Of a DNA stretch of 64,000 nt, positions 12,773-23,154 are shown piece after piece. Made by a program: the position numbers and the translations under genes. Numbering within the stretch: the first letter of the stretch is position 1; the number at the start of each line of letters is the position of its first letter. Source of the stretch: Octopus sinensis (Eukaryota); contig NC_042999.1 of the NCBI RefSeq assembly GCF_006345805.1, forward strand, positions 81,468,001-81,532,000. The letters are read 5' to 3'. The notes under the pieces were generated by a model. It was not told where the DNA came from. It did not search any database and saw only the letters and a list, made by a program, of their open reading frames with translations.

Positions 12773-15735
12773 TATATACCATTAAAAAGCAATCAAATAA
12801 ACAAATCACCAAAACAATTAAAACCATCCACTCTCGCCTCAACATTTCTGCTTAATGCCCAAGGCATCAGCCCTTCCACCAATACACAAAAATGGAAGAT
12901 AAGATTCCTGGAGGACTGGGTCGAGGCCCATCCAAACCACATCCCTTTCTTCGTCCTCACTGAAACCCATCTTAGTGACCTTCACTTGGAAGCCGAGGTG
13001 AAAGTCAAAAATTTCAAAACCATTCGTGCTGATCGTGCTGGCAGAAGAAAGGTGGGACTGCCATTTATGTCCATGATTCATTCTCAACAGAAGCCATGAA
13101 CATATTTTCCAATGGATACTGCGAAGCAGTCGCTGTATTCAGTCAAACCAACAACGTAACAGTAGTTGGGCTCTACAGACCACCCCAAACGCCCCTACCA
13201 TGCTTCAAGGAATGCCTCAACAGCATAAAGTGTTTCATTCAGCAGTGTCAACCTGACAACATTTTAATGATGGGAGACTTCAACCTTCCCGGGGTTGACT
13301 GGTCTACAAACAGTCTGCCGCCAGGTTCTTCTCTCTCAACCCCTGACAGGGAGGCAGTGGAATCGCTTCTTGACTTCATGGATGATTTCTTCCTGTCCCA
13401 ACTGGTACTCGAACCAACGAGATGTCATAAAAACGTCTTAGACTTAATTTTCAGCAATCACACTGATACTATCCACAATATTGCAGTGGAGAAAACCCTA
13501 CTCTCCGACCATGACATGGTTCTCTGTGATCTGAGATTTCACTGGCCAAAATGCAAAACAAATGTCATCTCTCCTGTTCATCCATTTGACACTATGGATT
13601 TCCACAATGCAAACTGGGAAGCGATCAATAATGATCTTGTACAAGTCGATTGGTCCTTCACGCACACATACACACCCACTAACATCAAAATGTCCTGGCA
13701 GTCACTTGTAGACACCATCACGAACATATGTGCAAGACACACCCCATTAAGATCTGCAAACAAATCTAAGTGTCGAATCCCTAGAAATAGAAAATCTCTC
13801 ATAAGGAAAATTAAAAGAATCAACAAAAAGATCAACATGCTGAAATACTGTCAACAGCAACACACCAACCTGACTGCCATCTCGTCGCTAGAGATTAAAA
13901 AACATAAACTCCAAAACAACATGATATCTATCATTAATAGTCAGCGAAGAGCTGAAGAGGCCTGGGCCATTGAGAAGATCAAACTCAATCCCAAAGTGTT
14001 CTTTTCATTTGCAAAAAAACACAGAGTCACTGGTTCTACTGTTGGCCCTCTGATTGATGAAAATGGTTCTCTTCAAGACAATGCCAAAACCATGGGAGAG
14101 ATATTGCAGAAACAATATTGCTCTGTTTTCAGCAATCCTGATATGACTGATCTGGGCTGTATCAGTGATGTTACTCCCCAATACACTTCATCGGACATAA
14201 CATTTGGCGCTCCTGATGTCTTAGCAGCAATAAAGGAAATGAAGCATAATTCAGCAGTAGGTCCCGATAGGTTCCCTGCTTGTGTCTTGAAGATGTGTCA
14301 AAACCAACTTGCACCCCCTCTAGCCAATCTGTGGCGGAACTCACTGGATGCTGGATATATACCAGAAGACCTCCTATCCCAGTCTGTTGTCCCAGTTTTC
14401 AAAAAAGGAAACAAATCGCTTGCCGTGAATTACCGTCCAATCTCACTCACCTCTCATATCATCAAGGTATTTGAGAGGGTGCTGATATCGCGTATGACTC
14501 ACTTCCTTGAGAGTCATAATATGCTGAACCCCAACCAGCATGGATTCCGTAATGGGAGAGATTGCCTGACGCATCTACTGCATCATTTTGATGACATTTT
14601 GAGAGCATTGGTAGAAGGTTCCAACACTGATGTCATCTACCTTGATTTCAGCAAGGCCTTTGACAGTGTTGATCATAAGATCCTTCTGAGAAAGCTGTCC
14701 TATATTGGTGTCACTGGAAAGCTGCTGCAATGGATCAAGTGCTTCCTGTCTAACAGAACCCAACATGTTGTAGTCGAAGGAGTCAAATCCAGCCCAGCCA
14801 AAGTCAGCAGTGGTGTCCCACAAGGCACTGTGTTGGGCCCACTTCTCTTCATCATCTACATAAATGATATTACTGACACCATCAAACACAGTAACATCAG
14901 AACCTTCGCTGATGATTCCAAGCTCCAGAAGGTCATCAATGGCGTGGATGACCGAATAAACCTTCAGTCAGACCTACTGGCTGTTGTCCAATGGGCGGAA
15001 AAGAATAACATGTTGCTAAATGAAGACAAATTCGAACTGATCCACTTTGGAAGGGAGGACGCTCTGAAACTCCCATACTCTCTTCCTTCTGGAGAAATTC
15101 TCATGGCATCCAACAACATCAGAGACCTGGGAGTAACAGTGGACAACAACATAAGCTGGGCTACACATATAAGCAGCAAAGTTGACATGGCCCGCAGAAT
15201 GTGTTCCTGGATTCTCAGAACCTTCCAGTCGAGAGATTCCCACGCTATTATCCTTCTCTTCTCCACTTTTGCCCGACCCCACCTTGAATACTGCTGTCCA
15301 CTGTGGTCTCCCTACACAAAACAAAATATTATGAGAATTGAAGCTCCCCAAAGGTCAATCACAAAAACGATAGATGGCATGTCAGACCTTGACTACTGGG
15401 GTAGACTAGAGAAGCTGAAATTGTATTCACTCCAACGACGCCGTGAACGCTACGTTATCTGTATGATGTGGAAAATATTCCATCAGCACTGTCCGAATGA
15501 TGTTGGCATCACCTTCAAAATGCATCCAAGGCTTGGACCTCGTGCCATCCGTCCACAACAAAAATCTAAATCGCATCACATAATGACAATACGGCACAAC
15601 TATTTCACCTCAATTGGACCCGCTCTCTTCAACATTACACCAGGACACATCAAAACAGAAACTGACTACACAAAATTCAAGAAGTCTTTGGACAAATTCC
15701 TTCAAACAGTACCGGACAAACCACCCACAGACTGA
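12773..15735 (+). mobile_element. CR1-like LINE ORF2 segment: no ORF1, no 3' UTR/tail, one frameshift
   Basis: Upstream frame reads FLLNAQG..VLTETHL..IRADRAGRR and shifts at ~13050 into GGTAIYV..MNIF of the long ORF. Confidence 0.88.
13096..15735 (+). CDS. APE endonuclease + reverse transcriptase (LINE ORF2, CR1 group), 879-aa open portion
   Basis: EN motifs YRPP, GDFN, LDLIF and SDH. RT motifs NYRPISLTS, QHGFR, YLDFSKAFD, GVPQGTVLGPLLF, FADD and RPHLEYC..WSP. Confidence 0.92.
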   Translation: MNIFSNGYCEAVAVFSQTNNVTVVGLYRPPQTPLPCFKECLNSIKCFIQQCQPDNILMMGDFNLPGVDWSTNSLPPGSSLSTPDREAVESLLDFMDDFFLSQLVLEPTRCHKNVLDLIFSNHTDTIHNIAVEKTLLSDHDMVLCDLRFHWPKCKTNVISPVHPFDTMDFHNANWEAINNDLVQVDWSFTHTYTPTNIKMSWQSLVDTITNICARHTPLRSANKSKCRIPRNRKSLIRKIKRINKKINMLKYCQQQHTNLTAISSLEIKKHKLQNNMISIINSQRRAEEAWAIEKIKLNPKVFFSFAKKHRVTGSTVGPLIDENGSLQDNAKTMGEILQKQYCSVFSNPDMTDLGCISDVTPQYTSSDITFGAPDVLAAIKEMKHNSAVGPDRFPACVLKMCQNQLAPPLANLWRNSLDAGYIPEDLLSQSVVPVFKKGNKSLAVNYRPISLTSHIIKVFERVLISRMTHFLESHNMLNPNQHGFRNGRDCLTHLLHHFDDILRALVEGSNTDVIYLDFSKAFDSVDHKILLRKLSYIGVTGKLLQWIKCFLSNRTQHVVVEGVKSSPAKVSSGVPQGTVLGPLLFIIYINDITDTIKHSNIRTFADDSKLQKVINGVDDRINLQSDLLAVVQWAEKNNMLLNEDKFELIHFGREDALKLPYSLPSGEILMASNNIRDLGVTVDNNISWATHISSKVDMARRMCSWILRTFQSRDSHAIILLFSTFARPHLEYCCPLWSPYTKQNIMRIEAPQRSITKTIDGMSDLDYWGRLEKLKLYSLQRRRERYVICMMWKIFHQHCPNDVGITFKMHPRLGPRAIRPQQKSKSHHIMTIRHNYFTSIGPALFNITPGHIKTETDYTKFKKSLDKFLQTVPDKPPTD

Positions 15736-15999
15736 GAAACAGATATATGTATAAGATACAAATATATTTAATGTACGGAAGCTACCATGCCTATAAAGAA
15801 TAACCTTTTAGGTAAATAGATATTGAGAAAGATATAATTGTATAGGATATAATCATACTTAAGGGCACGGAGGCTAGCATGCCTATATGCTGAAAATAGT
15901 CGTCAAACACGTCCAGTCATTGTAAATTTCCACTTTACATACACAGGTTGAAAGCGGGGAAGCGGACTGATTTTAAAATGACGAAATACATACCAATAT

Positions 16000-16174
16000 A
16001 AAAGCACATGAAAATCCTAGTACGTATAAATATTCACATATATATACGCACGGGTCAGTTTATTTAATTCTGTACAATTCTGACAAAATACATACGTGTT
16101 AAGGTGGACTAAGTAAATTCGATGCGTATATATTTGTGAATATTTATATGTACTAGCATTTTGCGTGTGCTTTT
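16000..16174. repeat. Imperfect ~52-bp inverted repeat (long hairpin) just upstream of the hammerhead
   Basis: aaaagcacatgaaaatcctagtacgtataaatattcacatatatatacgca pairs with tgcgtatatatttgtgaatatttatatgtactagcattttgcgtgtgctttt. Confidence 0.8.
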
Positions 16175-16216
16175 CTGTGAGTATGTATAAATATTGTCAT
16201 GTATTTCATAAGTATA

Positions 16217-16382
16217 TTTTGCTGATGAAGGAAATGTTGTTAAACTAATCCAGAAATTGATCAATCCAAAACTATCTGAATAGTTACCACACAGCCACTC
16301 CTAATGAAACATACACATATATGAAATAGATAGCTAATTCTGGAACACTCTGTATATAATTCACGCCTATGTTCATATCACA
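16217..16382 (+). repeat. Direct repeat of 12377-12542, including an HHR copy at 16217-16271
   Basis: 166 bp at offset 3840, about 4 substitutions by eye. Confidence 0.93.
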
Positions 16383-16819
16383 AATATGCCAAAATTTGAA
16401 AGAAATCAGAAAATTATTTATGTTGTCTATATTCGAGGTGTCTAAATATGGCAGCTAAGGAAATAAATATTCTGGTAGCTTCATCTGAAACTCACGTTTC
16501 AAATATATAAGAGTACAAGGAGAGAGAGAGAGAGAGAGAGAGAAAAAGAGAGAGAGAGAGAGGGAGGAAGAGACGCAGGCAATGGACGAGTGAGAGACTG
16601 TAGGTAAGTGTAGAGTAGGAAATAACGAGAAGAATATCGAGAAAGAAATTTGTACATTCTATCGCTGCAGTGTGTCAAGTACTGTCATGTTTATAACATG
16701 GCAAAGCCATAACAATAACAAAAATAACAACAGCAAAACAACAACAGCAGCAACAACAACAAAAATAACATGAACAACAACAACAACAACAATAATAATA
16801 ATGATAATAATAACAATAA

Positions 16820-18241
16820 TAATATTTGTTCTATGTTTGATCCCCTCAGGTTGGTATTAAGAAAGGCAAATGCAGGGTATCAATTCAGAAATAGTAATGG
16901 AAAAACTAACCATTTGCTCTACATGGATGATCTAAAGATTTTTAGTAAGAATGAAAAAAGAGATAGATTCCTTAATACAGACTGTATGACTCTTCAGCAA
17001 AGGTATAGTTATGGAATTTGGCATAGATAAATGTGCAATATTTTTCACGAGAAGGGGACAGGTAGTCAAAATCTAAGGCATTCAATTACCAGATGGACAG
17101 ACATTAATGTCATTGAAAGGAGGAGAGATTTATAAGTATCTAGGAGTATTAGAATCTGACGGCACTAACTACAGAAATTAAAACAAAATTGAGAACGAGC
17201 ACATGCAGAAGGGTGAGGAAACTAATGAAATCAAAGCTTAATGGTCCGAATCTAGTGGAAGCTGAAAATACTTGGGCAATATCGTTACTTTGGTACTCAA
17301 CAGCTTTTGTATATTGGACAAATATTAAATTAGCAAAGCTAGGCAGAAGAACTAGGGAGGAATTTAATATGAATGGAGTACTTCCCCCAAAAGCAGGAGT
17401 AGCAAGATTATACCTACCTAGAATGGAAAGTGGAAGAGAGTTAATATCAGTGGAAGACTGCGTAGAGTTAACTAGAGTATATATAGACTCCTATACAGTT
17501 AATAATGAAGAAAGTTTATTATAATAATGAAGAAAGTTTATTAAAAGCTGCTAGTGTCACAGGAAGATATAGGGAAACCAAAACACCAAACGAATTTAAA
17601 AACCAGAAAGAAGAACAGAAGTTATCTGACTGGCAGTAGAAGGCGTTGCATGGTAGATTCCCAGAGATAGTTTCAGTAAATAGCAATAGAGAGACATGGT
17701 TATGGCTGCGGAAGAGAAAGCTGAAGAGGGAGATAGAAAGATCACGTATTAAGGACTAATTGGATAGAAGCCAAAATAGACAAAAACCTAGAAAATTCCC
17801 AATGTAGATTATGCAAATCAAAAGAGGAAAGCGTTACTCATACAGAAGTGAATGTAGCATGCTGGCACAGAAAGAATACAAGACATGACAATAATTGACT
17901 TTAGAGTCCGAAATGATGAAAAAATTAAGAGGAGAAGTACATAAAATATAGTTAAGTACCAGAATCTTGCTATTACAGAGACTATGGAAAGTGTGGGTGC
18001 TACTCCTGCCGTTGGGTGAAGTACTCCATTTATATTAAATTCCTGCCGAGTTATAGGTGCATTAAGAATTATCTCTAAAGAGTTGAACAGATGGATAGAA
18101 GAAGCAGACATAAAGCCCAGTTCAGTACAGTTGCAGAAAACTGTTATTAGGGACAGCGAGGATTCTTGGCATCTAAGGCTACTTGTTATAGCCCGATGTT
18201 AGGATTATTTTCTTTTCCAACAGTCTAATCTGTTGAGCGTA
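16820..18241 (+). mobile_element. Decayed R4/Dong-type LINE fragment (RT C-half to 3' UTR)
   Basis: NHLLYMDDLK, YKYLG, RLYLPR..GRELIS, LHGRF and CRLC motifs with many stops. Flanked by (AAC/AAT)n at 16710-16822 and 18242-18312. Confidence 0.85.
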
Positions 18242-18261
18242 TAATAATAATAATAATAATA

Positions 18262-18313
<52 letters not shown>

Positions 18314-18843
18314 TCGTGTGGAACAGTTGACACAGTATTTGATGTCGAGTGTGAAGTTGGTTTCGGTGGTTAATGTGAACGGTGGAAGGATTTGAACTGG
18401 CTGCGAAAATAGAGAACTTGGCAACGTAAAGAAAACAGAATGGTACCGTGAATTTGGAAATAACAAGAGACCAGTCGGTGAGAAAAACGGGTTAAAAAAT
18501 AATAAAAGATATAAATTAACTCATTAGACTGGTGAATAAAAGAAGAGCTCACCAAAACAAGTCTACGCATTTCAGAGGCAAATAAAAGAACTCTCTAAAA
18601 TCTCTCTAAAGAACTGTTTATTTATTCCATAAATGTTATTGGTCTCATAATTAAAGATCTTTTATTTTGGTATTTCCCCTCTTTTGACTTCTTTGACTAC
18701 TGCTTCTTCCACTCTAAGCAAGAAGGTTTGCTGAGTTCCCCTACGCGGTTGTCTGAGCTATCGAACCCAGACTGTTATGTTGTAGGTGGTTTCGGGAGGC
18801 CACATGCGGCATAACAAGATAATGGAAACTCCCATCCATCGTA

Positions 18844-19538
18844 TACGAGATCTGATCAATAGGTACCGGGACTGTTGCTATAGTAACGACGCTACTGCAC
18901 GTAGAGTAAAGCTGCTTGGCACAAATGAACCCTGATTTCTACTGTGCATGTGCACTAAGATTTTACGCTTTAGTTTGCTTACGCTGTTCACAGCAGTGAT
19001 TCAAAATAACATGTATAACGTGTGATCGTCGTATTGAACAAGACAGATAAAGGAAATCGTTGAATCACCATCCGTAAGTTATCATAGGGTGTGCAGAACA
19101 GTTACGATTCAGTTCAGTCCATTACCACTGACGAGTTGGGTATGAGACGCGTGTCTGCTATGTATGCGCCAAAATTGCTTTCAGCTAACCAAAAAGACAC
19201 TCGGATTTTAGTTGCACAAAATCTCTTCGATTGTGTCGAGAACAACGAACACTTTTTGAAAATTTTGTATAGGCTTCTGAGCAGGTATTGCCAAGATTTT
19301 GTCAAAATTTGATGCAAATTCTCTGCTCAACGTTCTCTGTCATGGTCAATGCGACGAACATACGCGACACACCTTCCTTCCAACCACTGCTGTAAACAGC
19401 AGAAGTAAGGTAGGTGATGACTTAGTGCACGTTCACAGCAGAGTTTAAGATCAATCTGTGCCAAGCGGCTTTACTCTGCGTGCTTTAGCCTCGTTACTAT
19501 GACAACAGTTTGGATTCTTATTGACCAGCCTATGTGTA
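18844..19538 (+). mobile_element. Tc1/mariner internal-deletion derivative with ~115-bp TIRs
   Basis: Imperfect TIRs at 18844-18960 and 19420-19538, flanked by TA. Internal peptide DELGMRRVSAMYAPKLLSANQKDTR matches the mariner WVP linker region. Confidence 0.8.
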
Positions 19539-19639
19539 TATTTATAATCAGCACGAATTATTTGTTTATAGTGATCAAATGTATGGTCTGTACATTCGCT
19601 CTCTCCCTCAATGAAATAGATTTCGCCTGAACAGGTGCT

Positions 19640-19790
19640 CGGAGTTCCACGCGTAAGTGTCGGCAAGACCACAGAGCAATGTGAAATGAAGTGTTTTGCG
19701 CAAGAACTCAACACGCCACCCGGTCTAATAATTAAAACAACGCTTTCACGATCCTGAGTGCAACACCCAAACCACAAATACTTGCGTCCT
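19640..19790 (-). mobile_element. Degenerate tRNA-SINE head (family of 48897-49103)
   Basis: gtgaaatgaagtgttttgcgcaagaa...acccggtc matches the 48990-49030 segment. Confidence 0.55.
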
Positions 19791-19904
19791 CAGTTTGTTT
19801 AAACGCTATGTCACAGGGCTTTAAATATTTAAATCAAGGTATTCCCCAAATATAGGCTCCACATTTTGGCATGAGGCCAGCCGCTTCAAGGGAATATGTA
19901 AGAC

Positions 19905-20062
19905 GTTTACATCGACCCCAGTGCTCAACTGGTACTTATTTTGTCGACCTCGAAAGTGTGAAAGGTAAAGTCGACCTCGGCGGAATGTAAACTCACCTTG
20001 AAGACGAACGAAATGCCGCTAAGCGCCTTTGCCTGGCGTGCTAACGATTCTGCCAGCTAGCT
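19905..20062 (-). mobile_element. SINE (same family as 7318-7530)
   Basis: atcgaccccagtgc..ctggtactt..gaaaggtaaagtcgacctcggcggaa..ctgccagct. Confidence 0.8.
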
Positions 20063-20446
20063 GTTTTATAGTTCAGTAAGATATTATTTATTATTACACA
20101 TGTGATTTCACCTTACTACTTACAGAATATTTATAGCTGAAGGTACAAAATTTTGCATAAACAAAATTATTTGCTGGGTAGAGGTAGGTGGGATAAGAAA
20201 GAGTAGAAATTTGACTTTCTAGAAGTCACATTAAATTCTTTTTGCTTTATATATCTTGGCAACATCAGCTTGTTATAACATCTTGTAACACCTTTGTAGT
20301 ATTCAATCGAGCTTCCGTTGTTAAAAGAGTTGCATATATATATATATTTTCATGTACATATTTCCGCTATAAACTTGAATACTTGCATTGGAAGTAATAC
20401 ATACATATATCATTATGTGTATATATATATATATATATATGAGTGC

Positions 20447-20498
<52 letters not shown>

Positions 20499-20786
20499 AT
20501 ATAAATATATGCATGTATGTATATATATAATTTATATATATATATAATACATATATATATATATATATATTTGCATATATATGTGTGTATATCTGTATGT
20601 GTGCATATACACATGTATGTACATGTATAATTATACATAATTATCTTAATTTTTCAACCGATTCATATCCCACCTAATGTTCAATTTGTTCTGTCTACCT
20701 ATCTATCTATTTAATTATCTGTCTGTCGATGTATGTATGTATGTATCTATCCCCCCTCTCTCTCTTTCTCTCTCTTTATATATATA

Positions 20787-20828
<42 letters not shown>

Positions 20829-22773
20829 TTCAAACTATGCTTTGCTAAGCACATTAACGTCCACATTTTCGCCTCATATAAAAAAAATTTATGTATTATC
20901 TCGCAATTACACCTTTGAAAACATTAATGAGTAGGAGATGACAAATATTGTGTGTAGATTGGAATACAAATACCTTGAAACTTGATATTTGCGTACCAGC
21001 CCTTCAGAAGTTGATGTGAAGACATTTTTAACTTCATGAATTTGTTTTATTTTTGCTTGTGTAAAATCGTGTTCAAACTAACAATATACCCCAAAGCAGA
21101 TTTGGTTTGTCTTAGCCTGATGACAAACGTCATCAATCACAATATAATTCACTGACATATAGCTTGCATCCAGGGATTTCTTCTATGTTTGCAGAAAAGA
21201 AAATTGAAGATAGTCTTCAACAGTGTAAACGACAGGACAATTCCCATCTTGTCAACGTGATATGGTTGTCGCAATGTACAGTAACATACAGTATTCTACT
21301 AAAAATTGAACTTATCCACTCTAGAAACAATCGTATTGTCTTTAGTGGGATGAATATTGTACAGTTGGAAATAATTTCCGAGTATTAGACTTAACAATCT
21401 AAACAAAGTGCTCTTATCAGCAATGAAGTCGACGCGTTTCACTGTATGTACTCATAAAGCATTATATTTTCCTAGTGCAGAAGGCCAGATTCAACTTTTT
21501 TTCATTATCTATCTTTTCTATGTCTTACCTTAATATATGTACCAATCTGAGAAATCTCTATTTAAGGCAAAATAATGAAAGAAGAATCCGGAATTTATAT
21601 AGTAATAAAACAGAAGGAGGTGACATGTATACTCTTAGGATCATCTCATAAAATACAGGCCCGTTATTGTATAATACAGTTTTTTTTTTGTCTTTTGGTA
21701 TTACACCACTTTAATGGTTTAATGTGAGATATAATGTATCGTCATTTAGTAAGGTTTGTCAACCCGAAGGTTAAAAGACGCCAACAGCTGGGGTTCGAAG
21801 TAATTCTCCTCTGCACACAACCACACAAACCGTAACTCCTGATAACATTCTACACATCTGTTTTCCTTCATTGTTCTCGCTTTACTCAGAAACACCCCGA
21901 AACAAATTTAAGGAAACCACCCCATAACGTTCTCTGGAAAGCATCTTAGAAGAAATGGTAACGCGGATACAATTTGGTCCAACACATCCATCTAATTCAA
22001 TGTCAGAATTATAACCTAAAATCTTCACCAGGGGTTGCCATTATATTAGATGGATCAGAACGGTTACAACCGAAATTTATATTTATGCCTACGTAACATA
22101 TGTAACTTTCAGTAATGTTACTTATTTTTCTCAAATTTCTTAGCATTTTCTTCTGCTTAACGTGAACTGACTCATTTACAGGCTTAATACAAAAGCAGAA
22201 AATAATTCTTTCGTTCATTTCCTTGTTTTTGAAGGTTCGCATCCTCATCCGCCATTTCTTAGTTATTGCGGTTTCATTATTTTTCTAAATCGGAAATGAT
22301 TTGAATACAGATCTGAAATGCTTTAAATCTCTTAATACTTGTGTTGAAACTAATGTGTATTCCTGCAAATCAAGGTGTAATAATTAGTGTCAGAAACGAA
22401 CGAGGATAAATTTCGTGATCAGGGTCCAGGGCATGCTAGATTAACTAGCTAGAAGTGAATACTGATGTGTAGCAATAGTAAAAAATATCGTGCAATATCT
22501 ACCTGTAGACATACCGTCTCCATGTTTCTGGATAATGCAGCTATTACAACCAAAATGCCGTTTCAAAATTGTAAAATATTTCCACACCAATCATATGTGA
22601 AATGGTAAGTATTGACGTGCTTGTTATATCGATGTTGCTTGTTCAACTAATCAAAACCTTCGGAATCAACTGAAGAACTCTTAGCTTCAATGTATCCAGT
22701 AATCTTTATCAACAAACGAACAGAATAGTAATTAGTACTGTCTACATGACCGAACGAAGTTATATTTGTATTA

Positions 22774-23154
22774 TGTGGAGGCGCAATAGCCTAGTGGTTA
22801 GGGCAGCGGACTCGCGGTCGTAGGATCGCAGTTTCGATTCCCAGACCGGGCATTGTGAGTGTTTATTGAGCGAAAACACCTAAAGCTCCACGAGGCTCCG
22901 GCAGGGATGGTGGTGATCCCTGCTGTACTCTTTCACCACAACTTTCTCTCACTCTTACTTCCTGTTTCTGTTGTATTTCAAAGGGCTGGTCCTGTCACTC
23001 TCTGTGTCACGTTGAATATCCCCGAGAACTACGTTAAGGGTACACGTGTCTGTGGAGTGCTCAGCCACTTACACGTTAATTTCACGAGCAGGCTGTTCCT
23101 TGATCGGATCAACCGGAACCCTCGTCGTCGTAACCGACGGCGTGCTTCCATCTC
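22774..23154 (+). mobile_element. tRNA-derived SINE, full length (same family as 1847)
   Basis: High identity to 1847-2230. TSD atttgtattat at 22764-22774 and 23155-23165. Confidence 0.9.

Larger units (their letters stand above)
12274..12780 (+). mobile_element. Penelope-type pseudo-LTR/retrozyme-like repeat with inverted 5' arm and tandem hammerheads
   Basis: ~105-bp near-perfect inverted arms at 12274-12378 and 12630-12735. 12377-12542 is directly repeated at 16217-16382. Starts in (TA)n. Confidence 0.8.

Noticed and set aside
13578-15351. Antisense and alternate-frame ORFs overlapping the LINE ORF
   Set aside because: Shadow ORFs of a long coding sequence, with no independent motifs.
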